64,000 nt of DNA from Bacillota bacterium (GCA_051750565.1 JBNJJV010000007.1:98901-162900), one strand, 5' to 3'; positions 25,484-36,513 are shown, counted from the first letter of the stretch. Notes: a model not told the origin generated them from the letters alone. Numbers and translations are program-made.

Positions 25484-26350
25484 TCATGCTTCTAGTTTTT
25501 TACCTGCTTGATTATTTTTCAAAAACATATAAAACGAAGCAGCAAAGATGATGATGTACCCGATGACACTCAACACATCCGGTATCTGCCCGAATAAGAA
25601 GATGCTGATCATGGCGGAATACACGACGGTTGAATAAAAAAAGATTGATATTTCTCTTGCCGGTGCAAACTTGTAGGCAATCGTAATTCCGAACTGACCA
25701 ACCGTCGCAAATACGCCTGCGGATAACAGATAGATCCACTGTTTCACGCTCATCGGTTCATAAAAACCAATTACGAACGGGAGAAGCACAACGGTCGTAA
25801 AGAAAGAAAAGTAAAAGACGACCGTATAAAATTTCTCCCTGCTCCCTAACACACGAAGGACCGTGTATGCCCCTGCTGCGAAAATAGCCGAGAAAACCCC
25901 TGCGAGATAAGGGATGGTATCGAAGGAAAATGCAGGCTTGATGATGAACAGTGTGCCGATAAACGCAATGATGATGGCCACCACCTGGAACACCCGGGTC
26001 CTCTCCCTCAAGAAAATAGCCGAGAAGATGATGGTCAGAAAAGGACTGAGCTTGTTCAACATATCGGCATCGGATAACACCAGATGATCAATCGCATAGA
26101 AGAACAAGACGATCCCAACAGCACCTAAACTGGAGCGCAGCAACAACAGCTTCTGATTTTCTTTCTTCCCGAATAACCGTTCCTTATGATACCGGACAAA
26201 ACCGAATGCGATGAATGCAGAAACAATGTTCCTGAAAAATGTTTTTTGTATCGTCGGCACATCTCCTGACAGCTTCACAAATGCCGCCATCAGGGAAAAA
26301 CCAAACGCTGATAGAAGTAATAGGAGTATTCCTTTATTTCGATTTGACAT
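25484..26350 (-). CDS. EamA/DMT-family transporter
   Basis: MSNRNKGILLLLLSAFGFSLMAAFVKLSGDVPTIQKTFFRNIVSAF...; 10-TM type. Confidence 0.85.
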   Translation of the reverse strand: MSNRNKGILLLLLSAFGFSLMAAFVKLSGDVPTIQKTFFRNIVSAFIAFGFVRYHKERLFGKKENQKLLLLRSSLGAVGIVLFFYAIDHLVLSDADMLNKLSPFLTIIFSAIFLRERTRVFQVVAIIIAFIGTLFIIKPAFSFDTIPYLAGVFSAIFAAGAYTVLRVLGSREKFYTVVFYFSFFTTVVLLPFVIGFYEPMSVKQWIYLLSAGVFATVGQFGITIAYKFAPAREISIFFYSTVVYSAMISIFLFGQIPDVLSVIGYIIIFAASFYMFLKNNQAGKKLEA

Positions 26351-26710
26351 ATCTTCCTCCGCTTATATCAAAGATAGAGTGCATCAACACTCCTCAGCTG
26401 AAGAGTGAATGCAATGGGCAACCTAACCAGTTTAACAAATTCCCGTCAGAAAATGGAGAATTCAGCCTGACTCAGGTCAAGGAGCCCCATTTTTAGATTC
26501 CCTAGTAAAAAGTTAATTTATCCCTTTTCGTGAGGCCATCTCGAGACTTCACGTCAGGGGATGTGGGGAACCTTGAATTGGAACTTCTCCATTCTACCCA
26601 TAGGTCGTTTGCTTATGGTTACAGGGTTTTTGGGAAAAGCTGGTCCACTGACTATACAGACCTTCATTTGATGAATAAGATACATTATACAAATTAAAGG
26701 GGGTGATTAA

Positions 26711-27154
26711 ATGGAAGAATACTTTATTGCCAGATTGAAAGGAAGAAACGAGGTACCACCTGTCAATTCAGAAGCATTCGGTATTGCAAAATTTGTTGTG
26801 AATAAGCAATGTACGAAGATAAAGTTCATTTTAAAAGTCGAAAACATCCGTAACTTCGTCCAAGCCCATATCCATTTTGGCCGTCGAAACGAAAATGGAC
26901 CTGTACTTGTTTTCCTTTTCGGAGCCGATCTGGATACGTTATCAGAGCAGAATGGAATCTCAACAAGAAAAGGCATTGTTCAGGGAGTCATAACAGATGA
27001 GGATATTGTAAGGAATAATGTAGGGGTCAAAAACGTAAAAGAATTGGTCAGGCTAATGGAAAAGGGGCTTACGTATGTAAATGTCCACACTGAACAGAAT
27101 CCTGGCGGAGAAATCCGGGGGCAAATTCAACCTCTTCATGGAAGATGCTACTAG
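26711..27154 (+). CDS. CHRD domain protein
   Basis: LKGRNEVPPVNSEAFGIAKF...AHIHFGRRNENGPVLVFLF...YVNVHTEQNPGGEIRGQI. Confidence 0.7.
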   Translation: MEEYFIARLKGRNEVPPVNSEAFGIAKFVVNKQCTKIKFILKVENIRNFVQAHIHFGRRNENGPVLVFLFGADLDTLSEQNGISTRKGIVQGVITDEDIVRNNVGVKNVKELVRLMEKGLTYVNVHTEQNPGGEIRGQIQPLHGRCY

Positions 27155-27159
27155 TTTAT

Positions 27160-27183
27160 AGAGCTACCTGATCAGGTAGCTCT
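27160..27183. terminator. Perfect 24-bp palindrome / terminator
   Basis: AGAGCTACCTGATCAGGTAGCTCT, followed by TTCTATT. Confidence 0.6.
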
Positions 27184-27275
27184 TTCTATTCTCAACTTGA
27201 TCTAAGGCGATTGGTTTCCGAAAAGATGACTGACAATTAAAGGGTCAGGCTAAGAAAAACGTTTTTCATCCTAGC

Positions 27276-27713
27276 CTAGTTTTCTAATATTTCCTTGACT
27301 CTTATTAAATCCTTTCTATTCGCTTTTTTCATCATAATTGATATCAAAGGGGTCAACCATTTAGATAGGCCTTTGGGATTCCCTTTGTTTCGGAGGGTCA
27401 TCCCTGTGGTCTTTCCGTCCAAAGCCTCCCATAAATACGTAGTCTCCATTGGGAACGGACCTTTGGCCGTTTTCATCACTAGTCTTCTATTGGGAACATA
27501 TTCTACAATCTCATATGTATAAGAGAGATCACGTCCTAAAAATCTAGCTTTGAAAGCGATCCGAGAGTGGTTGGAGAAGGATTTTTCCGTAAACCACTCC
27601 GCCGAATCGATATTAACATACCAATCGGGTGCGTGATCGGGATTGGCAGTATACTCTGAAACCTTTTTAATTGGACATTTTATAGTGATTGTTGTATATA
27701 CATCTACCATCAT
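27276..27713 (-). CDS. SRPBCC-superfamily (polyketide cyclase/START-like) protein
   Basis: MMVDVYTTITIKCPIKKVSEYTANPDHAPDWYVNIDSAEW... Confidence 0.7.
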   Translation of the reverse strand: MMVDVYTTITIKCPIKKVSEYTANPDHAPDWYVNIDSAEWFTEKSFSNHSRIAFKARFLGRDLSYTYEIVEYVPNRRLVMKTAKGPFPMETTYLWEALDGKTTGMTLRNKGNPKGLSKWLTPLISIMMKKANRKDLIRVKEILEN

Positions 27714-27749
27714 ATTTCTCCTTGAACGAAACGATAAATACTTGTTTGA

Positions 27750-28266
27750 TTATTTCTGTTCAACATAATTTTTTAACAGCGTCCCAAGTAGATAGGTCCA
27801 CCCTTCAGAATGTTTCTCTTCCCAATCGTATTCAATTACTCCGGTTGCTGCATGGGATAATTGAAGTAACGTTGAATCACCTTTTTCGATTAGTAGATAC
27901 GTATAAGCACTATTTACTGCCCCCTGCATGCCAAGGTGCCCGTGAAGACGGATTTCTTCCGGAGCGTTAACGTAATACACCGTCCCCCACAGAGCCCCTT
28001 CACTTTCACGCCATTTCTCAATAAATTGCCCGCCAGGTACAGGATCGAATGTAAATTGTGAACTTACTCCCTCAGGAGCCAATTTAATCCCCCGCTTGTT
28101 CGGTTAACGCTTTAAATACCTGCTCCCTTGGTGCATCTATCATCACTTCTTGTTCAATATGAAACACTTTACTTTGTTCTATTACTTCTTCTCCTCCTTT
28201 GTTTTCTGCTAATGCTCGTAACTTTAATAGCGAATTGGCGGTAGATTCCATGTATTTCCTACCCAC
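27750..28266 (-). pseudogene. Aha1/SRPBCC-domain gene split into two ORFs (28084-28266 and 27750-28082)
   Basis: ...VFHIEQEVMIDAPREQVFKALTEQAGD* is followed one frame over by (L)APEGVSSQFTFDPVPGGQFIEKWRESEGALWGTVYY... These are the two halves of one domain. Confidence 0.6.
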
Positions 28267-28514
28267 CGATTGTGCATTTCCAGCAGTGGAACCGCGTTAA
28301 GGTAATTTCGTCGGTACTTCCCTTCCCGCTTCACCACTACTAAATTTCCCTCCTCCAAAATCGTCAGATGCTTCATAATCGCGTATCTTGTCACTTCGGG
28401 AAAATGCTCATTCAGTTCACCGGTTGTTCTTGCTGACTGTTTCAATAGGTCCAGGATTTCCCTTCGTATCGGGTGCCCCAGTGCCTTAAATAAAGTGGAA
28501 AGTTCGTCTTTCAT
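28224..28514 (-). CDS. ArsR/SmtB-family transcriptional regulator (3' end possibly frameshifted)
   Basis: MKDELSTLFKALGHPIRREILDLLKQSARTTGELNEHFPEVTRYAIMKHLTILEEGNLVVVKREGKYR... ATG 28514 follows AAAGGA. Confidence 0.75.
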   Translation of the reverse strand: MKDELSTLFKALGHPIRREILDLLKQSARTTGELNEHFPEVTRYAIMKHLTILEEGNLVVVKREGKYRRNYLNAVPLLEMHNRWVGNTWNLPPIRY

Positions 28515-28691
28515 ATTAACGATCCTTTCATTGTGATTAACATGTGAATGATTGGTCACATGTAATATGTGACTTAATAGCAACATGATTGATAAAGGTG
28601 AGTCAAGAGCGTCCGAAGGGAGTGGAACATGATGATATTTACATGATTGCCATAATTGAAAAGTGAAAAACGTTGAAGCTTTTCAGTAATG

Positions 28692-28730
28692 AAAAAAACC
28701 TGACCGCAAAGCATTAAACCAGCAATCAGG
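28692..28730 (-). terminator. Rho-independent terminator of lutABC
   Basis: On the minus strand, CCUGAUUGC-loop-GCGGUCAGG (2 G-U pairs) is followed by U7. Confidence 0.75.
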
Positions 28731-28741
28731 CCCAAATCTAT

Positions 28742-29446
28742 TTAATGATCATCCACAATAATATACGTAGCCTTAACAGGACCATGCACACCTACAATCA
28801 AATTCATTTCAATATCCGCGCTGTTGCTTGGACCTGATATGAAGTTCACGCAGGATACGACACGTTCACCGCTTTCAATTTTATTGTGAATGTCTCTGGC
28901 CACTTGGGTCATCCTTGGGACGATTGTACTCTTAGGGATGATGGCAATGTAGACAGCAGGAAGCAAGCTGACTGCCCGTCCCTTGCCCTCACCACTATAT
29001 AAAACAACCGTCCCCGACTCGGCAAGTGTGGCATCGCTAAAGGTTATACCGATATCAGCAGTCGCTGAATAAGCTAGATTCTCTTCTCCGCCATTCCGAT
29101 CCCATACGCGGACATCTATCTCGTCATCTCCAAAATCAGATAGACCAAACTCGGCAAATCGTGGGTCATCCCAGGTCACAACTGTTTTCCCACCGTAACC
29201 CCTTATAAGATGGGGGATCAGAGTGGATAGCTCAGAAGCAACGGTTTCATGTACGTCGGTATGAATAAACTGACACTGCTTCTTTAATATGTCAACGAGT
29301 TGATCCTGAGAGTAATCTTTGTACACTTCCCATTGGGGGTTGTGATTCCATTGAGGCTTATCTACATGATATTTACGCTCTCTTCCCAGATGACCAGCCA
29401 GGTTATTCAAAAACGAATCATGATTCTTGATGTTACCGATGCTCAT
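28742..29446 (-). CDS. lutC: Lactate utilization protein C
   Basis: [26 protein letters not shown]... It is the last gene of the lutABC arrangement. Confidence 0.85.
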   Translation of the reverse strand: MSIGNIKNHDSFLNNLAGHLGRERKYHVDKPQWNHNPQWEVYKDYSQDQLVDILKKQCQFIHTDVHETVASELSTLIPHLIRGYGGKTVVTWDDPRFAEFGLSDFGDDEIDVRVWDRNGGEENLAYSATADIGITFSDATLAESGTVVLYSGEGKGRAVSLLPAVYIAIIPKSTIVPRMTQVARDIHNKIESGERVVSCVNFISGPSNSADIEMNLIVGVHGPVKATYIIVDDH

Positions 29447-30872
29447 CCGCTTTTCCCTCCTTCTGTCTCTTTTTATACCAATCTCTGAATCGATCTTTCT
29501 TCGGCGCTGGAAATTCCCGGATATCAGTCCAGTTTTTCAATGGTCCCGGGCCGTTTGAGATCTTCCCGTCTTTTGTAAAAGCAGCAAGTGTTGTTGGTGC
29601 GAGTCTGGACCCGATATTGTACATGGCTGGTGAAGCTGTTCCAAGACTGAAGGCCTTCATCGATAAATTTTCAAAAATAGGAGCCTTTCCTTCCTTCTCA
29701 ACGATTTCCTGACGATGACGGAGTAAATGTTCGTGAAGTGGAATTTTCACCGGGCACGCTTCCGTACAAGCTCCGCATAATGTGGATGCATATGGCAGCT
29801 CTTTGTAGTCTTCATATCCACCAAGAAGCGGAGACAACACGGCTCCCACAGGCCCAGGGTAAATCGATCCGTACGAGTGGCCGCCAACATGTCGATATAC
29901 AGGACACACATTGATGCACGCTGCACAACGAATACAATGTAGAATCGATTGGAAGGCGGTTCCCAAGATTTTCGAACGGCCATTGTCAACGATGACAAGG
30001 TGAAATTCTTCTGGACCATCCACTTCCCCTTCTTGTTTAGGACCCGTCAAAGCGGTGATATAACTGGTCAGCTTTTGTCCAACAGCAGCACGAGTCAAAA
30101 GGCTGACGAGGACTTCCATCTCTTCCCAAGTCGGAACAATTCGCTCCATTCCCATCACGGTGATCTGTGTTTTCGGCACGGTCGTCACCATACGGGCATT
30201 TCCCTCATTAGTCACTAGAGAAATGGTTCCTGACTCAGCAATGGCAAAATTACACCCCGTAATTCCGATATCAGCCTGAAGGAATTCTTCCCTTAACTTT
30301 TCTCGTGCGAATAAAGCCAGTTCTTCCGGTTTTTCTGTCTTGTCATACCCGAGTTTATTTCGAAACACTTCCCGGATTTGTTCCTTATTTTTATGAAGGG
30401 CAGGAGTCACGATATGCGAAGGTGGATCGTGATCATCGACTTGAAGAATCCATTCCCCCAGGTCACTTTCCACAACCTCGCAGCCCGCTTTCTCTAAGGC
30501 TTCATTCATATTGATTTCTTCTGTCACCATGGACTTCGATTTAACGACTTTCTTACCGTCCTTCTTTTTCACAACATTTGTAATGTATTCGTTGGCTTCT
30601 TCTGCGGTTTCGGCAAAAAATACATGTCCGCAACGTTTGGCTACATTTTCACTCAATTGCTCAAGGTAGTAATCAAGGTTTTCAATGGTATGGGAACGAA
30701 TCTCTTCCCCAAGCTTACGCCAATCTTCCCAATTCCCTAATTCTTCCGCCGCGTTTAACCGGCCATTCCGGAAACGCCCTTGAGCAGAGGAAACAGCTCC
30801 CCTCATAAACGTGTCGGCAATCCCGCTTGATACTCGGTCGTTAAAGGATTGATTCCCTATTTTCATCGCCAT
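29433..30872 (-). CDS. lutB: Lactate utilization iron-sulfur protein B
   Basis: [14 protein letters not shown] and [13 protein letters not shown] are 4Fe-4S motifs; 479 aa. Confidence 0.88.
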   Translation of the reverse strand: MAMKIGNQSFNDRVSSGIADTFMRGAVSSAQGRFRNGRLNAAEELGNWEDWRKLGEEIRSHTIENLDYYLEQLSENVAKRCGHVFFAETAEEANEYITNVVKKKDGKKVVKSKSMVTEEINMNEALEKAGCEVVESDLGEWILQVDDHDPPSHIVTPALHKNKEQIREVFRNKLGYDKTEKPEELALFAREKLREEFLQADIGITGCNFAIAESGTISLVTNEGNARMVTTVPKTQITVMGMERIVPTWEEMEVLVSLLTRAAVGQKLTSYITALTGPKQEGEVDGPEEFHLVIVDNGRSKILGTAFQSILHCIRCAACINVCPVYRHVGGHSYGSIYPGPVGAVLSPLLGGYEDYKELPYASTLCGACTEACPVKIPLHEHLLRHRQEIVEKEGKAPIFENLSMKAFSLGTASPAMYNIGSRLAPTTLAAFTKDGKISNGPGPLKNWTDIREFPAPKKDRFRDWYKKRQKEGKADEHR

Positions 30873-30891
30873 CTTTACTCCTCCTTCCTTA

Positions 30892-31605
30892 TCAGCTATT
30901 TAATACCGAAGCGATATGCATCACCTTTACTGGCTTACCTTGTCTCTCAATGCGTCCACCAATATTCATCAGGCATCCGCAATCGGCACCTATTAAAATA
31001 TCAGCTTCCGTTTCTTCTACATGCTGCACCTTTTCATCTACCATTTGCTCTGAGATCGGGGTCATTTTCACCGAAAATGTCCCTCCAAATCCACAGCAAT
31101 CATGACTGTGTGGCAGCGGTTTCATTTCTAAGCCTTCCACATGACTTAAGAGTTTCATAGGAGCTTCCTTCACCCCCAACAGTCGCGTCATATGACAGGA
31201 AGTATGATAGGTGGCCTTCCCATTGAGCTTCGCACCTACATCCTCAACTCCCAGCACATCAACAATAAATTGAGTAAGCTCATACGTTTTATCCGCTAAT
31301 CTTTCAGCACGCTGCTCCCATTCCGGATCCCCTTTAAAAAGATGAGGATACTCCTTGAACATGGTTCCGCACGATCCGGACGGAGTAATCACATAATCCG
31401 AGTTTTCAAAAACGGATATCATATGCTTCATTGATTCTTTTGCCTTCTCTACATATCCACTGTTATAAGCAGGCTGTCCGCAGCACGTCTGCTTCTCTGG
31501 AAAATCAACCTCACAACCGAGTCTTTCAAGTAGTTCAACCGTATCCATTCCTACATCGGTCTGAAACATGTCTATTAAACAAGTCACAAATAATGATACT
31601 TTCAT
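30892..31605 (-). CDS. lutA: Lactate utilization protein A (CCG-domain Fe-S oxidoreductase)
   Basis: [51 protein letters not shown]... Confidence 0.88.
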   Translation of the reverse strand: MKVSLFVTCLIDMFQTDVGMDTVELLERLGCEVDFPEKQTCCGQPAYNSGYVEKAKESMKHMISVFENSDYVITPSGSCGTMFKEYPHLFKGDPEWEQRAERLADKTYELTQFIVDVLGVEDVGAKLNGKATYHTSCHMTRLLGVKEAPMKLLSHVEGLEMKPLPHSHDCCGFGGTFSVKMTPISEQMVDEKVQHVEETEADILIGADCGCLMNIGGRIERQGKPVKVMHIASVLNS

Positions 31606-31700
31606 AGAGTCTCACCTTTACTTTCCGGAGAATTCTTTCATTGGAATCCTCTGCTAGTTGACTAATAGTACTAGTGTAAAATGTAGATCGCCTTAAGTCA

Positions 31701-31718
31701 ACAGGTCATCAGATGACT
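31701..31718. promoter_or_regulatory. Candidate LutR operator ACAGGTCATCAGATGACT (copy 1, upstream of lutA)
   Basis: It is an identical 18-mer to 33778-33795. The core GTCATC-A-GATGAC is a perfect palindrome of the GntR/FadR type. Confidence 0.6.
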
Positions 31719-31928
31719 TGGTGTAAATTATCTTTTAGTATGGAAATTCGATGCATTAGTTTGTAATTCCTCTTTTAAATGAATATTGGTATTTGAATCC
31801 AACTGTTGAATTTCGATTAATTTTGACTGCTGATTATTGTACTGAATTCACCTGCTGGTTAATCCTGTTTTTTCAGCAGCTGAACAAAGCAAGCTCACCA
31901 AGGATGGGAGCCTGCTACATGGCATTCC

Positions 31929-33713
31929 TTATGCTGTTCTCCCGATTTGTTTCATATCTTTCTTGCTTTGTTTTTGTCCTTTTATAATAAGGTTGACAAT
32001 CATCACTACAATTCCAGCCAAGATGAACGTGCCAATGTTAAAGCCGATTCCGTTAATTAAGACGTATCCAATCCCCCCGGCAAATACTACGTAAAAGCCC
32101 ATTGGAATGAGCGTCTTTCTAATCAGATTTCCTTCCTTTCCAATTAATCCTGCAGCAGATGAAGCAGCAACGACATTATGAACGCAAATCATGTTCCCTG
32201 CGGCCCCTCCCACAGCTTGCAGAGCAACAATCACGACAGGTGTTGCCAGGATATTATCCGCTACTCCAAATTGGAAAAGGGAAAACATCATATTACTCAC
32301 AGTGTTACTTCCCGCAGCAAAGGCACCTATGGCCCCGATCGTAGGAGCTGCCAGTGGCCAATAGCTTCCGAACACATGTGAAATCCCTTCGGCTAACACC
32401 AGTGGCATACTTGCATACTCTGCAGCATTGACACCTGAATTGATGAATACTTGAACCATTGGAACGGCGAAGATTAAAGCCGCCATTGCGCTGACGATGG
32501 TCTTAAATGAATCTTTTACGGCGCGTCCGTAATCCTTCATATTCATTTTATAGATGAAAATGCTGATCAGTGAAACGAAGATAAAAATCGTTCCCGGTAT
32601 GTTCAATGGTTTTGATGCCACCGAGATTGCCGTACCAAATACATTGTCTGCAGATAAAACCCAGGCTTGGATCCAATCTGTGAATGGCAACGATTTTAAC
32701 CTCGTAAGAACTAATAGGACCGCTACTAAAATATAGGGCATCCAAGCTGCAAGAAAAGAAATGTTTTTCTTTGGTTTTTCTGTTTCGTCAATAGTAAGTG
32801 AACCATTCCACGCCGGTTCCCAATTAGATGCTTTGTCAAAGTCCCATGTTCGCTTAGGAACGAATAATCCTTTTTTAGCCGCCGGCACCACGATGGCCAG
32901 GCCGACTAAACCTCCGATCAAGGAAGGAAATTCCGGTCCTAGAAAATTTGCGACAAGAGCATAAGGAATCGTAAACGCCAATCCCGCAAAAATAGTAAAC
33001 TTCCAAACGGCCAATCCTTCTTTGATGGATCTATTTTTTCCGAAAAAGTACGTAAGCATGGTGACCATAAAGAGCGGAATGAAGATACCGATGATCCCAT
33101 GAATGATGGCAACCTGACCACCAATTCCATTTATGTAGGCATCCATTGTCGTGCCTTGTTCTGTCACGTATCGCTGAACTAATGGTGAATCCTTTAACCC
33201 TGTATTCACTCCGATGAGAATGGGAGTCCCGACCGCCCCAAAGGAAACGGGAGTCGATTGCAGGATAAGAGCGACCATGACGGCTCCCATGGCCGGAAAA
33301 CCGATTGCAACGAGGAGTGGAGCAACAATTGTTGCTGGTGCTCCCCATCCTGCCGCTCCTTCTAGGAAAGCTCCGAACAACCAACAAACGATGATCGTCT
33401 GCACGCGCCGGTCAGGTGAAATACTCGTAAATCCTTTGCGGATCGTGAAAACAGCTCCACTTTCCTTTAACGTATTTAATAACAAAATCGCACCGAATAC
33501 GATGACGGCTACCTCCAGTGCGGTTACAACCCCTTTCACACTTGCGGCTGCAACCTGATTCCCCGGTACTTCCCACACAAGCATGGCCATCAACACGGTC
33601 ACAATCAGCGAAACAGGCATCGCTCTCTTTGCCGGCCATCTCAATACAACTAAAAACAAGAAAACCGAAAAAATAGGCATGGCCGCCAATAAAGCTAACA
33701 CACCAACACTCAT
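31929..33713 (-). CDS. lutP: L-lactate permease (LctP family)
   Basis: [33 protein letters not shown]... ATG 33713 follows GAGGGGG, so the ORF-track start 33773 is probably too long. Confidence 0.88.
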   Translation of the reverse strand: MSVGVLALLAAMPIFSVFLFLVVLRWPAKRAMPVSLIVTVLMAMLVWEVPGNQVAAASVKGVVTALEVAVIVFGAILLLNTLKESGAVFTIRKGFTSISPDRRVQTIIVCWLFGAFLEGAAGWGAPATIVAPLLVAIGFPAMGAVMVALILQSTPVSFGAVGTPILIGVNTGLKDSPLVQRYVTEQGTTMDAYINGIGGQVAIIHGIIGIFIPLFMVTMLTYFFGKNRSIKEGLAVWKFTIFAGLAFTIPYALVANFLGPEFPSLIGGLVGLAIVVPAAKKGLFVPKRTWDFDKASNWEPAWNGSLTIDETEKPKKNISFLAAWMPYILVAVLLVLTRLKSLPFTDWIQAWVLSADNVFGTAISVASKPLNIPGTIFIFVSLISIFIYKMNMKDYGRAVKDSFKTIVSAMAALIFAVPMVQVFINSGVNAAEYASMPLVLAEGISHVFGSYWPLAAPTIGAIGAFAAGSNTVSNMMFSLFQFGVADNILATPVVIVALQAVGGAAGNMICVHNVVAASSAAGLIGKEGNLIRKTLIPMGFYVVFAGGIGYVLINGIGFNIGTFILAGIVVMIVNLIIKGQKQSKKDMKQIGRTA

Positions 33714-33777
33714 CCTAACTACCCCCTCTAAAAGTAAATTTAATTTCCTCCCACAAACTCCCCAACTAATCATGTTA

Positions 33778-33795
33778 ACAGGTCATCAGATGACT
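33778..33795. promoter_or_regulatory. Candidate LutR operator (copy 2, upstream of lutP)
   Basis: ACAGGTCATCAGATGACT lies 65-82 nt upstream of the lutP ATG. Confidence 0.6.
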
Positions 33796-33866
33796 AATAT
33801 ATTTAACAGTATAATTAAAACGCTTACATACCACAACCTTATTTTTGTAATTTTATAAAAAATCAA

Positions 33867-33938
33867 GAGGGACGGACCTCCATCAGAACGCAATCCCTGT
33901 TAAATCAAGGTTTGGTCTTTTTGGGAGGTCCGTCCCTC
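33867..33938. repeat. Long-form GAGGGACGGACC hairpin element
   Basis: The arms are at 33867-78 and 33927-38. The core CTGTTAAATCAAGGTTTGGT is homologous to the core of the 13180 copy. The right arm abuts the lutR stop codon. Confidence 0.85.
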
Positions 33939-34658
33939 TTATTCTTCGATGTCCTCGAAGTATTTCATGAGGACTTCTTCGACGTTATGTAGGTGGTTGA
34001 GCATGAGTTGCTGTGCTTTTTGACCGTCTTTTGCTTCGATTGCTTCATAGATGTTTTGGTGTTCTTGGTATAAGCGATCCAAGGTCGACTTTTTTGAATA
34101 CAGCCAGAGACGGCGTGTTTCTCTCATGGTGGTGACCATCATTTCCGACACATTGTTCATGAGGCCCGTCAGCAGCTCATTTTGTGAAGCTTTGGCAATC
34201 GCCATGTGGAAACGGAAATCTGCTTCTTCTCCCAGCTCTTCATCACTGGCTGATTGCATCTGATCTAAAGCAGTTTTTATTTCTTTTAGCTGCTCATCGG
34301 TTCTTCTCGACGCTGCTGCTTCAACGGCTCCTACCTCCAGTATTCTCCGCACTTCCAGCAATTGTTTCACGTCATCCTTTTTCATTAAGGCTGCAATATA
34401 AATAGGCAGAGAAAGCATACTTGAATCGAACTCCCTTACATAGGTACCTTCTCCCTGATGCATTTCAACTAATCCCATCGCTCGTAACGCACTCAATGCT
34501 TCACGGACAGCCGAGCGGCCCACTTGAAAATTCTCAGCCAGCTGCTGAACGGAATCCAGCTTGTCCCCTGACTTTAACTGACCCGATTTAATCATATCGA
34601 TTAAAACCTCAGCCACTTCTTCGTATATTTTTCGTGGTTTAATTCGTTTATAATTCAA
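33939..34658 (-). CDS. lutR: GntR/FadR-family regulator (LutR-like)
   Basis: KLDSVQQLAENFQVGRSAVREALSALRAMGLVEMHQGEGTYV plus an FCD domain. It is adjacent to lutP. Confidence 0.8.
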   Translation of the reverse strand: MNYKRIKPRKIYEEVAEVLIDMIKSGQLKSGDKLDSVQQLAENFQVGRSAVREALSALRAMGLVEMHQGEGTYVREFDSSMLSLPIYIAALMKKDDVKQLLEVRRILEVGAVEAAASRRTDEQLKEIKTALDQMQSASDEELGEEADFRFHMAIAKASQNELLTGLMNNVSEMMVTTMRETRRLWLYSKKSTLDRLYQEHQNIYEAIEAKDGQKAQQLMLNHLHNVEEVLMKYFEDIEE

Positions 34659-34878
34659 TCGTTCTCACCCCAATATGTATGTATATATGATTCTATAGTA
34701 TTAAGCGTAGGGGGACAATAATGAAGGTAGCTGTTATTGATTGAGATTAAGGCTGGTTAGCTCTGCTGGGTTGATAATTATAGTAGGAACCAAATGTGGG
34801 AAGGATGATGAGATTTTTTCAGGAGTGGGAAAAGATAATGTTTATTTAAAAAGAATCGAACTCGATGTTATATGGCAG

Positions 34879-34914
34879 AAAAAAAAGCCCCCATTCATGA
34901 AATGAACTGGAGGC
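34879..34914 (-). terminator. Rho-independent terminator of the AraC-family gene
   Basis: On the minus strand, GCCUCCAGUUCAU...AUGAAUGGGGGC is followed by U8. Confidence 0.65.
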
Positions 34915-34923
34915 CAACCATCC

Positions 34924-35781
34924 TTATTTCTTCATTATCGGAATCCAAATCTCACAACGATAATTCTCACCATTCGGGTTTCCTGGCGGGTACAATTCAA
35001 ACTCAGGACCTCCACCATGTTCATACCCTGTCGAAGGAAACCATTCAGAGTAGATTCGCTTCCATACACCTTGGATTGCATGTGGCATTGGACCGACAGA
35101 TTCAAAGACAGCCCAGGTCGCAGCCGGAATCTCTTTTACCTCCAATGAACGATCTTCTTCACTCTTTTTCTCCGCCCCGATAAAATATGTGAACTCTTCA
35201 TTAGGATGGTCAAACTCCATACAAATCCCGAGCATCTCGTTATTTCCTGCTGCTTCACAAATCTTCCTGTCTAAATCAGTCGTGTTCACTTCATCCCAAA
35301 ATGCAGGAATGACTTTCAAATTCTCACTGTTACAGGTAGAAACTCTTTTTCCTTTTCCAATCACTTGAAATGTTTCTTTATCCACAATTTTATAATCCAT
35401 TTCGACTTCTCCTTTAAGTTGTATTTGGAAGGATATTCGCGGAAATGCCTTCAAGGTGGTTCCGGCTTCCCTAACTTGGGATGGCGAAACTCCATGGGCC
35501 TTCCGAAAGGCTTTCGAGAAGGATTCCGGTGTTTCATATCCGTACTTGAAAGCAACGTCAATGACCTTTGCATTCGTGTTGACCAGTTCCTGGGCGGCTA
35601 GTGTGAGTCTTCTCTTCCGGACATAATCAGCCACTGTATAGCCTGTTACAAGAGAAAACAGCCTTTGAAAGTGAAACTTTGAACAGAGTGACAACCGGGC
35701 AAGTTCTTCCATCCCGACTTCCCCATCCAGATTGTCCTCTATATACTGAATGCAATCATTCATCCTGTGCAGCATTTCCAT
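34924..35781 (-). CDS. AraC-family regulator with a GyrI-like effector-binding domain
   Basis: The HTH_18 region is ELARLSLCSKFHFQRLFSLVTGYTVADYVRKRRL...YGYETPESFSKAFRKAHGVSPS. The C-terminal GyrI-like half contains WAVFES...WFPSTGYE. Confidence 0.8.
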   Translation of the reverse strand: MEMLHRMNDCIQYIEDNLDGEVGMEELARLSLCSKFHFQRLFSLVTGYTVADYVRKRRLTLAAQELVNTNAKVIDVAFKYGYETPESFSKAFRKAHGVSPSQVREAGTTLKAFPRISFQIQLKGEVEMDYKIVDKETFQVIGKGKRVSTCNSENLKVIPAFWDEVNTTDLDRKICEAAGNNEMLGICMEFDHPNEEFTYFIGAEKKSEEDRSLEVKEIPAATWAVFESVGPMPHAIQGVWKRIYSEWFPSTGYEHGGGPEFELYPPGNPNGENYRCEIWIPIMKK

Positions 35782-36008
35782 TACGTTTTCTCCTTCCCGC
35801 TATCTAAATGTATCATTCTGAATTTGAGTCATCCTGTCATTCTGTGCTTTTATGTGACCGGTGGTTTTATATGGTTATGCCAACCGTGTTCACCGATTAA
35901 ATTTCACCTGCCAAACATATACTACAAACTACGTCTAATTTTATACGACGAGACTCTACTTCTACAACGTCCATCTATATCCTTCTTTTTTCATTTCAAC
36001 CTATCGAC

Positions 36009-36058
36009 ACGAAACCATATGGTGTTATATTATAAAAAAACGAAACCAATTGGTGTTA
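36009..36058 (+). promoter_or_regulatory. Two direct repeats ACGAAACCAWWTGGTGTTA, candidate ArsR operator
   Basis: The copies are at 36009-27 and 36040-58 (31-bp phase). Each contains an AACCAnnTGGTT pseudo-palindrome. They lie 30-80 nt upstream of the SRPBCC-arsR operon. Confidence 0.5.
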
Positions 36059-36087
36059 CTTATTCCCAAAGAAAGCAGGCGACATTC

Positions 36088-36513
36088 ATGAAATCAAATC
36101 AATTAGAAGATATTAAACAAACCGTTTTATTCAACGCTCCCATCCAAAAGGTATGGGACGCGGTTTCCACGTCAGACGGGATTTCCTCTTGGTTCATGCC
36201 CAATGATTTTGAACCGGAGGTCGGTCATAAATTTCATATTCAATCCCCTTTTGGGCCTTCTCCTTGCAAGGTATTGGAGCTAGATCCTCCTCATAAGTTA
36301 TCTTTTTCATGGGATACAGATGGCTGGGTGGTTTCTTTTCTTTTAAAAGAGGTAGGAGATCAAACAGAATTTACGCTTATCCATGGCGGCTGGAAGCATG
36401 ATGATGCGATTGTTTCCAAAGCTCATGAAAAAAGCTCTGTCATTCGCGACAGAATGGCCAATGGTTGGGTTGGCATCGTGGATGAGAAGCTGAGAAAGGT
36501 TGTAGAAGGTTAA
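36088..36513 (+). CDS. Aha1/SRPBCC-domain protein
   Basis: MKSNQLEDIKQTVLFNAPIQKVWDAVSTSDGISSWFMPNDFEPEVGHKFH... The real start is ATG 36088, not 35767. Confidence 0.75.
   Translation: MKSNQLEDIKQTVLFNAPIQKVWDAVSTSDGISSWFMPNDFEPEVGHKFHIQSPFGPSPCKVLELDPPHKLSFSWDTDGWVVSFLLKEVGDQTEFTLIHGGWKHDDAIVSKAHEKSSVIRDRMANGWVGIVDEKLRKVVEG

Noticed and set aside
26351-26710. 360-bp leader between the EamA and CHRD genes as a riboswitch or small ORF (MWGTLNWNF...)
   Set aside because: I could not match it to any riboswitch consensus I know (SAM, purine, preQ1, guanidine, T-box). The 36-aa ORF has no usable RBS spacing. It is left unassigned.
35767-36087. N-terminal 107 codons of ORF 35767-36513
   Set aside because: The stretch is low-complexity, overlaps the araC-family start and the promoter/operator repeats. 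The SRPBCC domain starts at ATG 36088.
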